Below, piece by piece: positions 27,209 to 37,846 of a stretch of DNA of 64,000 bases. Within the stretch, counting starts at the first letter, position 1. Every line of letters starts with the position of its first letter. A program made the position numbers and the translations under genes. The stretch covers positions 54,932,001 to 54,996,000 of the forward strand of contig NC_042997.1 of NCBI RefSeq assembly GCF_006345805.1, given 5' to 3'. This DNA is from Octopus sinensis. Lineage: Eukaryota. The notes beneath the pieces were generated by a model. The model saw only the letters and a list, made by a program, of their open reading frames with translations. It was not told the DNA's origin and searched no databases.

Positions 27209-28035
27209 AGGCGCAGGCGTGGCTGTGTAGTAAAAAGCTTGCTTTTCAACCACATGGTTCCAGGTTCAGTCCTACTGCGTGGCCCCTTGCGCAAGTGTCT
27301 CCTCCTATACCCTCGGTGTCTTCTATTGAAGCCTTGTGAGTGGATTTGGTAGACGGAAATTGAAAAAAGCGCGTCGTTTATAATAATAAAAACATTGTGT
27401 ACAGTGCTCAGGTGCACTACAACTCATCTAAAGTGTATGTATAATCAGGTGTAGTTTCGGCGGATTTCGGAAAGCATGAGGGCCTTAAAGGATGCAGTGT
27501 CATGGCAGTCAACAACTGACGCAGGCAGTTTGTTCCATGCTTCAGCAACTCTGAGCGTGAAAAAATGTTTCCGAAAGTCATGGGAGCTGTGTTGTTTTCT
27601 GACTTTGTAGGCATGTACACGTGTGTTAGACACATGAAGATCAAAAAGGTGTTCAGTGTTGTTGTTGGTGAGGTGCTTGATAACTTTGTGGGTGTTTACC
27701 AAGTCCATCGCCAGACGCCGGAGCTTCAGTGAATCCATGCCCAGGGAAACAAGGCGCTCAGAGTATGGTAGGTGTCTGATGGAGGGTATGCGTTTGGTTG
27801 CACGTCTCTGAACAGATTCCAGGCGGTCAATGTTCTGAGCAAGATAGGGGTTCCAAACTGATATGTGTGTGTGTGTGTGGCTTCGTGCGTGTGTGTATGT
27901 GTGTACATCTGTTGGTGTGTATGTACGTCTCCGTAACCTAGCGGTTCGGCAAAAGGGAGCTTGATAAATACCAGGCTTAAAATAAAAACAGATCCTGGAG
28001 TTCATCTATTCGACTAAAACATTTTCAAGGTGGTG
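27209..28035 (+). mobile_element. SINE family C interrupted by a CR1 LINE
   Basis: Head 27209-27378; body resumes at about 27862 with (TG)n..cgtaacctagcggttcggcaaaag...ggtggtgct. Confidence 0.75.
27385..27860 (-). mobile_element. 5'-truncated CR1-clade LINE 3' end
   Basis: Open C-terminus 'VWNPYL..NIDRLESVQRRATK.I......YSERL..LG..SL..RR...DL....K...TR.H..K.....RKHFF..RV...WNKLP..VV......FK', followed by a (TTA)n-like tail. Confidence 0.9.
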
Positions 28036-28258
28036 CTGGCAGAAACGTTAACACGCCGGGCGAAACCCGTTGCCGTATTTCGTCTGCCGTTACGTTCCCA
28101 GTTCAAATTCCGCCGAGGTCGACTTTGCCTTTCATCCTTCCGAGGTCGATAAATTAAGTACCAGTTACGCACTGGGGTCGATGTAATCGACTTAATCCCT
28201 TTGTCTATCCTTGTTTGTCTCCTCTGTGTTTAGTCCCTTCTGCTGGTAGTAAAGAAAA
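28035..28258 (+). mobile_element. SINE family A
   Basis: gctggcagaaacgtta...gttcaaattccgccgaggtcgactttgcctttcatcc...gtagtaaagaaa. Confidence 0.9.
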
Positions 28259-28285
28259 TATATATATATATATATATATAATATA

Positions 28286-28336
<51 letters not shown>

Positions 28337-28491
28337 CGCGTGTATATATATATATAAATATATATATATATGTATATATATATTATATATATATATATAT
28401 ATAATATATATATATTTATATATACATACATACACACGCACACACACACAAACAACACACACACACCACAACACACATACACACACACACG

Positions 28492-28530
<39 letters not shown>

Positions 28531-28531
<1 letters not shown>

Positions 28532-31500
28532 ATTTTAATCCAAACGGGGAAACAAAAAAACAACAACAATGGAACATTACAGTATTATTATTAATAGGCG
28601 CTCAGGAAATGGAAGCAGAAGGTATGACGTTTCGAGCGGAGATCTTCGCGGAAACATAAAGAAGGAAGAGAGAGGAAAGAAAGATCCCAAAGCGGGCAAC
28701 AGAGATAGAGAAAAAAAAAACGACTGGTGGTTACGAGTTACACATGGTGAAAGGCGGAAGTTTACGATAACAAGAGCAAAGTAGGTTTTTAAAGCCAAAA
28801 GAGTGGAGACAGGTGGTAACGCAACAGATGTGTGTGTATGTGTGAGTGTGTGCGTGTGCGTGTGTGTGTGTGTGTTGAGGCGAGATAAAAAAACAAAAAA
28901 TATATGTATGTGTTAGTGTGTGCGTCTGTGTGTAGGCGTGTGAGGTAGGGCGAGACAGTGGTAGGCATAGCAGACAGTGGTCAGTAGTAAGAAAAAGAAG
29001 GAAGGAGGAAGGGAGGGGAGGGGAGGGGGGGCGTATGTAGCGTTCCAGCGTGTGTTGAGTAGTAGTGTGTGTGTGTGTGTCCAGTGTCGTGGTAGTATTT
29101 ATGGCGAGTGGATTGAATGTGTGTAAGAGTAATGTATATATTTAAGCCATGTGGGTGTGTGAGTGGGTGTGTATATGTGTGCGGTGTGTGTGAACAAAAA
29201 AGGGGGGGTTAAGGAAAAAGGACTCCAGCTGAGGGGAAGATGGAAGAGTGGTCCCGCGGAGACGGGCGTGGGAAAACCCAACGACAAGCGACGGTCCCAG
29301 GAACGAGCGGGAGGTCTCGTCGGGTCCAAGAGCGAGGTGCATGCAGCGCGTATGCGTGCGCGAACCGGCGCAAGCGCGTGTGTGCGCGCGCCTGCGAGTA
29401 TGCGCGTACGTATATGTGTGTGGATGTGTGAGTGTGTCTGTGTGTATGTCTGGGTGTCAGTGTGTCCGATGAATGTATGTGATTATGTGTGTATATATGT
29501 GTGTGCATAGATGTATGTCCGTGTGTGTGTGTGTGTGTGTATGTGTATATGAGTGTATGTATGTACGTGTGGGTGTGTGGAAGTGTGTGTATGTGCATGT
29601 GTGTGCGCGTACATACAGGTGTGTGAGTGAGTGTGTGTGTGTGTATGTATGTGTGAGTGTGTATGTATGTGGTGTTAGGATGCATGTATGTGTATGGGTG
29701 TATGTATGTTTGTGTATGTATGTATGTGTACGTGCGTGTGTGTGTGTGTATGCGTGTAGGTGTGCGCGTGTGCATGCATGCATGCATGTGCGTATGTGTG
29801 TGTGTGTGCATGTGTGGGTATATATGTATGTGCGTATATGTGTGTGTATGTGCGTACATGTGTGTGTGTGTATGCATGTGTGTGTATGTAGTGTGTAGGC
29901 GTGTGTGTATAGGTGTATGTATGTAAGTATGTATGTGTGTCCGTGTATGTGGTTGTGTGTGTAGTGGTGGGGCGTGTGTAATGTGTGTGTATGTAGGTGT
30001 GTGGGCGTGTGTATATGTGTGTGTATGTAGGTGTGTGGGGGGTGTGTATGTATGTATGTCTGGTGTATGTATGTATGTCTGGGTGTGTCCGTGCATGTTT
30101 GTGTGTGTGTGTATGCATGTGTATGTAGGTGTGTGTGTACGTGTGTAATGTGTGTGTATGCGTGTGTGTGCGTGTGTATGCGTGCGTTGTGTATGTAGGT
30201 GCGTGTGTATGTGTGTGGGAGTGTAGGTGTGTGTGTGCGTGTGTGCGTGTTTATGTTGGTGTGTGCGTATGTGAGTGTGAGTGTATGGGTGTTTGTCATG
30301 CATGTGTGTGCGCGTGCAGGTGAGTGTGTGTGTAAGTATGTGTGTGTGTATGTTTGTGTGAGTGTGTATGTGTGTATGTCTGTGTGTATGTATGTGCGTA
30401 TAGGAGTATGTAGGTATGTGTGTGTGTATGTGTATGGGTGTATGTATGTATGTGTGGTGTGTGCATGTGTATAAGTATATGTGTTGTGTGCGTATGTGTG
30501 TGTATTGTATGTGTGTGTGTGTTTATGTATGTGTGTATGTATGTGTGTAGGCGTGTGTGTGTAGATGTATGTATGTATGGGTGTGTGTCTGTGTGGTTTG
30601 TGTGTGTGTCTGTGTGTTTGGTGTGTGTGTAGGTAGGTGTGTGTGTCTGAGGGAGGGTATGGCTGTGTAGGTGTGTGTGTGTATGAATGTAAGTGTGTGT
30701 GTGTACAAGTGTAATGTATGTATGTAGGTGTGTGTGTGTGTGTATGTGTACGTGTGCGTGTGTATGTGTGTGGGTGTGTTGCGTGAGTGTGAGTGTATGG
30801 GTGTATGTCTGGTGTGTGTATGGTCTGTTGTGGTGTGTGTATGTTTGTATGTGTGGTGTAGGTATTGTGTGTGTGTGTATGTGTGTGTGTGAGTAGGTGT
30901 GCGTGTATGTATGTGGGTAGGGATGCATGCGAGTGTGTGGGTATGTATGCATACATACGCACGCGCACATCCGAAGCAAGCCCACACACACGAAGCGCGC
31001 TCACGCACACAACGCACAAGCACTACAACGCAAGCCCATGGGGCCGACCAAGCCCCCAGCGCGCGCCAAGGCGCGCGAGCGCAAAGGCCCTCGAACGCCC
31101 CGCTACGCGGGAACCGAGGATCCATCAGCCAAAACCGGAAAGCAGAAAAGAGGTGGGGCTGCCTGGATGCAAAAAGGTGTATGTGTGTGTGCATTCAGTG
31201 TAAGGGTGTGCATGTGTGGGTATGTATGTATGTGTGTGCCTACATGTATGTGTGCATGTGTGTGTGTGTGAAGTATGTAGTGCGGTGTGTGTGTGTGAGT
31301 GTGTGTGTATGTATGTGTGTATGTATGTGTGTATGTATGTGTGTATGTATGTCTGTGTGTGTGTGTGTGTGTAAGTATGTATGTGTGTGTGTATGTATGT
31401 ATGTGTGTGTGTATGTGCATGTTGGTTTGTATGTTAGTGTGTGCATGTATGTCTATAAGTGTGTGTGATTAAATGTGTGAATGTATGTACGTAGATGGGT

Positions 31501-32945
31501 CTACGTATGTGTGTGTGTGAACAGGCGTGTGGGAGGTAGGTGGGTGTGTGTGTGTGGGTGGTGTATCCGGGAAACAAAAAAAAAAGAAGCGGATCTCAAG
31601 AGGAGGGGGCTGTGTTAAGTCCGTGTGGGGTGGTAGTTTGTAGGGTGAAGATGTAGCGTTGCTCCAAGTGGAGCCTGGAAAGTGGGCGACCATTGTGGGG
31701 GCGAGACCAAACACTGAGATGTCATCTAGGGAATGGCCGGCCGAGCGGAAGTGGCGTGCGACGGGAGAAAAAGAGTGTAGGCGAACGTCCCTCAAATGTT
31801 CAGTGAAACGGTCGGACAACCGGCGTCCCGTCTGTCCTACATACAGCATCCCGCATAGGTTGCATTTAATGCAGTAAATAAGGCCAGACGAGGTGCACGT
31901 AAAAGAGTGCCTAATGCGTACAGTATGCTGGTTGGAGCCGGTGACAGCGGTGGTGTTGGTGAGGAAGGGGCAAGTGTTGCAGCGGGATCTAGAGCAAGGG
32001 AATGATCCGTGTGGGGCTGAGGGGGAAGGAGAGAGGGTGCTGTGGACCAGGAGGTCACGCAGATTGCGGGCTCGTTTGAAAGAGGACAGGGGTGGGTTAG
32101 GGAAAATGGGGGGGGGTGGGATCAAGCTGGAGGCGACGGAAGGCACGTAGTATCTTGCGACGAAGGGGTAGGGTAGAGGGGTGGAAAAGGAGGGGGAAGG
32201 GGGTGCGGTTGGGGGGGTGGCGGGGGGAGGAACAGGGCGGTAGTGCGGTCGATGCGACGGGCGCGGGTGAGGGCATCAGAGAGGAGTATGGGTGGGTACC
32301 TCGGAGTCTGAACATGCGGGCCAGGTATTGAGATTGAGTCTCGAAATCCTGGTCGTGGCTGCACAAACGTCGGAGGCGGAGGAACTGGGAGTAGGGGATG
32401 GCTCGTTTGGTGTGGAAGGGGTGGGAGGAAGAGAAGTTGAGATAGAGGTGGGAATCCGTAGGTTTAAAGAAGGCGGTGGTGGTGAGAGAGTTGGAGGGTG
32501 ATCGATGCGGAGAGAGATGTCGAGGAAGTTGACAGAGGTGTTGGAGATGGTGGAGGTGAATTGAAAAGAGGGGTGAAAGTTGGAAAGGAAAGAGATGAAT
32601 TGGCAGAGAAGTTCACGGGAAAGGGAGGTGGCACCTACGCAGTCGTCGATATAGCGACCGTATAGTTCGGGGGTCGGCCCAGAGAACTGGGAGAACACTT
32701 GGGCCTCAATGTAGCCAAGAAAGAGATTGGCGAAATTGGGGCCCATCCTAGTTCCCATCGCGACCCCGGACATCTGTTGGTACGTTTCCCCGGCGAACGT
32801 GAAGCAATTGAGGGTGAGGACGAGCTCAGCCAAACGGAGAAGGGTGGGGTGCTGGGGGTGGGGTCGGGACGACGGTCGAGGAAGTTATGTATAAAGTTAA
32901 TCCAAACAAGAAAACACAAAAAAACAAAAAAACACAACAACAAAG
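28531..32945 (-). mobile_element. Penelope-like retroelement (Neptune-type), 5'-truncated, with 3' pseudo-LTR and a short direct pLTR end upstream
   Basis: RT and GIY-YIG coding region at 31600-32890; microsatellite-rich 3' region 28800-31600; pLTR with hammerhead relic 28531-28750; the same pLTR terminus (ttaatccaaac..aaaacacaaa..acaacaa) recurs at 32895-32945. Confidence 0.8.
31600..32890 (-). pseudogene. PLE ORF: reverse transcriptase (partial), thumb, Cys linker and GIY-YIG endonuclease, frameshifted
   Basis: 'NCFTFAGETYQQMSGVAMGTRMGPNFANLF', 'RYIDD', 'VNFLD', 'KPTDSHLYLNFSSSHP.HTKRAIPYSQFLRLRRLCS', 'PCSRSRCNTC', 'IYCIKC..CGMLYVGQTGRRLSDRFTEH', 'VARHF...GH', 'EQRYIFTL.T..PHGLN'. Confidence 0.93.
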
Positions 32946-33504
32946 ATATATATATGTATATATCTTTTCTTTTACGTGTTTCATACACACACACACACAC
33001 ATACACGCAGACATATGTATAGATTAGTGCACAATCGGGTTACACTCATTCTCACTCATTTATACATATATCATATTCAAAAACAAACACGCATCCATTA
33101 AATGTACGTGCTTGCCAACACGTATATATACATACGCATAAACAAACATGCACGTAAATGTATAAATACATGTATACACGTATATATAATCATGCCATAA
33201 GCATTCGTGCACGCACACATAACTATGCATAAACACACACACATAGACATATACAAATAAGCATGCATGCATACATGCAAAGCACACACTCGCACAATGC
33301 GCGCGCACACACAGAATCCTATAAAGAATATATAAGTGCACATAAGAAACCCCCTCCCCCAAACACATATGTTTTACAAAAAGGACCTCTATAAACGCAT
33401 AACATATTTAACCTTTCGTGTGCACACACATACATACGCGCGCATACGCACGCAGACATACACACACACAGATAAATATTTATATATCAATATGCATAAC
33501 TATA

Positions 33505-35077
33505 TTATTTTCTACGCACAAGGCCCGACATTTTTGGGGAGGGGGCCAGTCGATTAGATCGACCCCAGTACGCAACTGGTACTTAATTTATCGACCCCGA
33601 AAGGATGAAAGGCAAAGTCAACCTCAGCGGAATTTGAATTCAGAACGTAAAGACAGACGAAATACCTATTTCTTTACTACCCACAAGGGGACAAACAAGG
33701 ACAGACAAACGGATTACGTCGATTATATCGACCCCAGTGCGTAACTGGTACTTATTTAATCGACCCCGAAAGGATGAAAGGCAAAGTCAACCTCAGCGGA
33801 ATTTGAATTCAGAACGTAAAGACAGACGAAATACCTATTTCTTTACTACCCACAAGGGGACAAACAAGGACAGACAAACGGATTACGTCGATTATATCGA
33901 CCCCAGTGCGTAACTGGTACTTATTTAATCGACCCCGAAAGGATGAAAGGCAAAGTCAACCTCAGCGGAATTTGAATTCAGAACGTAAAGACAGACGAAA
34001 TACCTATTTCTTTACTACCCACAAGGGGACAAACAAGGACAGACAACGGATTACGTCGATTATATCGACCCCAGTGCGTAACTGGTACTTATTTAATCGA
34101 CCCCGAAAGATGAAAGGCAAAGTCAACCTCAGCGGAATTTGAATTCAGAACGTAAAGACAGACGAAATACCTATTTCTTTACTACCAACAAGGGGACAAA
34201 CAAGGACAGACAAACGGATTACGTCGATTATATCGACCCCAGTGCGTAACTGGTACTTATTTAATCGACCCCGAAAGGATGAAAGGCAAAGTCGACCTCG
34301 GCGGAGTTTGAACTTAGAACGTAATGGCAGACGAAATACCGCAAGGCATTTCGCCCGGTGTGCTAACGTTTCTGCCTGCTCGCTGCTTTATATACATAAA
34401 TATATTTATTTCTTCGTTGCCCACAGGGGACTAAGTATAGAGGGGACAAACAAGGGACAAACAAAGGGATTAAGTCGATTAGAGAGACCTCAGTGCGTAA
34501 CTGGTACTTATTTAATCGACCCCGAAAGGACGAAAGGCAAAGTCGACCTCGGCGGAATTTGAACTCATAACATAACGGCAGACGAAATACCGCTAAGCGT
34601 TTCGTCCAACGTGCTAACGTTTCTGCCAGCTCGCTGCTTTGTATACATAAATATATTTATTTCTTCATTGCCCACAGGGGGCTAAATATAGAGGGCTAAA
34701 TATAAAGAAGGGACAAACAAAGGGATTAAGTCGATTAGACCGACCTCAGTGCGTAACTGGTACTTATTTAATCGACCCCGAAAGGATGAAAGGCAAAGTC
34801 AACCTCGGTGGAATTTGAACTCAGCACGTAGCGGCAAACGAAATACCTATTTCTTTATTGCCCACAAGGGGCTAAACATAGAGGGGACAAACAAGGACAG
34901 ACATAGGTATTAAGTCGATTACATCGACCCCAGTGCGTAACTGGTACTTAATTTATCGACCCCGAAAGGATGAAAGGCAAAGTCGACCTCGGCGGAATTT
35001 GAACCCACAACGTAACGACAGACGAAATACGGCTACGTATTTCGCCCGGCGCGCTAACGTTTCTGCCAGCTCGCCGC
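33505..35077 (-). mobile_element. Array of eight SINE family A cores, including near-identical 168-169-bp tandem units
   Basis: Core 'cgaccccgaaag' at about 33592, 33761, 33930, 34098, 34266, 34517, 34773 and 34957. Confidence 0.92.
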
Positions 35078-35113
35078 CTGATATACATACATACATTATA
35101 ATACACACATATA

Positions 35114-36111
35114 TACGAGGGTAACCCCACAAGTAAGGTCTCCAAAGCGCTGGGGACGTAGGGAAATTGTGCGTGCGACTATTGGCAACACTGTTGTGTT
35201 TGTTGTGCACGCGCCTGCGTCTGCTCGTGCGCGCACGTCGCTGCCATGCTCAGTCTTGGCTTGGCAGTCATATCTGATAGAGCTCCCGATTGACGCTACC
35301 GCCAAGTGTGAAGTTCGCGCTGTTATTCGGTTTTTGAACACAAAAGGCATTGAAATTCATCGCCACTTAACGGACGTGTATGGCGAGTCGTGCATGGATG
35401 TCAAAAACGACCGCAAGTGGTGTAGAGAGATTGCAGCTAGTCGTACTGAAATTCATGACGAAGAAAGAAGCGGGTGACCATCAATTTCCGACGAGACAGT
35501 CGCGAAGGTTGAGCAAATCCTGCGTGAAAATCGGCGGATCACTCTGGATGATCTCCGCATTTTGGTTCCTGAGGTTTTAAGGGAAAAGTTGCAATATCGG
35601 AAGGTGTGTGCAAGATGGGTCCCACGAATGTTCACAGCAGACCATAAACGGCAACTCACCTTACAGTCCGGACTTGGCACCCAGTGACTACCACCTGTTC
35701 CCTAAGTTGAAAGAACATTTGGCCGGAACGCGCTTCAGCAACGACGACGAGGTGAAACATGAAGTTCAACGCTTCCTCAACGACATGTCGATGAGTTGGT
35801 ATGACATGAGCATACAAAAACTGCCCCAGTGCCTACAAAAATGCATTGACCGAAATGGCGATTATGTAGAAAAATAGATAAATGTTCAAACTTTTAAATG
35901 ATGTAAACATCAGAAAATTACTATTTTTAAATCTCACAACGAGAACTATTCAGCAACAGTACTTTGGAGTAAAGCGTTTTGCCAACATAATATGGCAGTC
36001 TGGTTTAGGACGAATGTTGCTGTTATTTTGCTCCAGGAGATAACATTGACAATAAACGTCACTGTAATTTCTAAGTATTTTGAAGACCTTACTTTTGAGA
36101 TTACACTAGTA
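35114..36111 (+). mobile_element. Internally deleted mariner element
   Basis: TIRs tacgagggtaaccccacaagtaaggtctcc / gaagaccttacttttgagattacactagta; transposase remnants 'EVRAVIRFL', 'RKVCARWVPRM', 'PYSPDLAPSDYHLF', 'KCIDRNGDYVEK*'; middle of the catalytic domain deleted. Confidence 0.9.
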
Positions 36112-36144
36112 TTACGTATTTTAACCAAAAATGCGAACAAAAAC

Positions 36145-36245
36145 AGGCGCAGGTGTCGCTGTGTGGTAAGAAGCTTGCTTCCCAACCACGTGGTTCTGGA
36201 TTCAGTCCCACTGCACGGCACCCTGGGCAAGTGTCTTTTACTATA
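36145..36245 (+). mobile_element. SINE family C head
   Basis: aggcgcaggtgtcgctgtgtggtaagaagcttgcttcccaaccacgtgg...ggcaagtgtct. Confidence 0.85.
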
Positions 36246-36577
36246 TACACACATATATGTGTGTACGTACATCTATGTATGTATCTATGCATGTAGTTAT
36301 ATATGTATATACATACATACATATATATGTATGTATATACATACATACATACATATATATATGTATATGTATATATATATATAAATATATATATATACAT
36401 CTACATACATACATACATATATATGCATGTGTGTATATATGTATGTGTCTTTGTGTCTGTGTTTGTCTTCCCACCACACACACACACGCACTCATACGCA
36501 CACATATACACATACATATATAACTACATACATAGATACATACATGTATATATAATAGCATATACTTACCCCACACG

Positions 36578-36608
<31 letters not shown>

Positions 36609-36786
36609 ATGTATATATATATATATATATATCGTGACGTATTTTTGCCATTTCAATATGGCTAACCCCTAAGGGTGGATGCTACTGTAGTTTTTAGCCC
36701 CAGGAGGACACACTCCTCCAGCTGGCCATAGACACACTATCTGTGTCCTGTCAGTATTTGCAAAGGGAAGTCATCCTTCCCGTCTT

Positions 36787-36856
36787 CAACTTATGATACA
36801 CACGGACTCGAGTTTCGAGGTATTGACCTCTCGTCAGCGTGTGACAATCATAGTTG
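36787..36856 (-). ncRNA. Type I hammerhead ribozyme (intact)
   Basis: Exact reverse complement of the 37427-37496 motif. Confidence 0.9.
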
Positions 36857-37426
36857 TTGCCGAGAATTAGATTTCCTTCACAAATACTTATACTTTTTCC
36901 AGCGCCCACTGTCGCTGATATTGAAAAAGTGAAATCAAACAATGATAAATATCAAAGTGAGTTATATACAGTAGCGGTAACACATCGTGACGTATTTTTG
37001 CCATTTCAATATGGCTAACCCCTAAGGGTGGATGCTACTGTAGTTTTTAGCCCCAGGAGGACACACTCCTCCAGCTGGCCATAGACACACTATCGGTGTC
37101 CTGTCAGTATTTGCAAAGGGAAGTCATCCTTCCCGTCTTTAACTTATGATACACACGGGCTCGAGTTTCGAGTTACTGACAGGACACAGATAGTGTGTCT
37201 ATGGCCAGCTGGAGGAGTGTGTCCTCCTGGGGCTAAAAACTACAGTAGCATCCACCCTTAGGGGTTAGCCATATTGAAATGGCAAAAATACGTCACGATG
37301 TGTTACCGCTACTGTATATAACTCACTTTGATATTTATCATTGTTTGATTTCACTTTTTCAATATCAGCGACAGTGGGCGCTGGAAAAAGTATAAGTATT
37401 TGTGAAGGAAATCTAATTCTCGGCAA

Positions 37427-37496
37427 CAACTATGATTGTCACACGCTGACGAGAGGTCAATACCTCGAAACTCGAGTCCGTGTGTATCATAAGTTG
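37427..37496 (+). ncRNA. Type I hammerhead ribozyme (intact)
   Basis: caac tatgat tgt cacacg CTGACGA gagg tcaata cctc GAAA ctcgag TC cgtgtg t atcata a gttg: full core, 4-bp stem II, palindromic stem III ACTCGAGT, GUC site (cleavage after 37478), stem I of 6+6+4 bp with an internal loop. Confidence 0.92.
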
Positions 37497-37777
37497 AAGA
37501 CGGGAAGGATGACTTCCCTTTGCAATACTGACAGGACACAGATAGTGTGTCTATGGCCAGCTGGAGGAGTGTGTCCTCCTGGGGCTAAAAACTACAGTAG
37601 CATCCACCTTAGGGGTTAGCCATATTGAAATGGCAAAAATACGTCACGATGTGTTACCGCTACTGTATATAACTCACTTTGATATTTATCATTGTTTGAT
37701 TTCACTTTTTCAATATCAGCGACAGTGGGCGCTGGAAAAAGTATAAGTATTTGTGAAGGAAATCTAATTCTCGGCGA

Positions 37778-37846
37778 CAACTATGATTGTCACACGCTGA
37801 CGAGAGGTCAATACCTCGAACTCGAGTCCGTGTGTATCATAAGTTG
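37778..37846 (+). ncRNA. Type I hammerhead ribozyme copy with GAAA reduced to GAA
   Basis: Identical to 37427-37496 except one A missing in the GAAA run (mutation or homopolymer sequencing error). Confidence 0.75.

Noticed and set aside
24085-31468. Long ORFs such as 24089..25150 (353 aa) and 29457..31019 (520 aa)
   Set aside because: Translations of (CA)/(TACA) microsatellite lacking stop codons by composition; no domain content.
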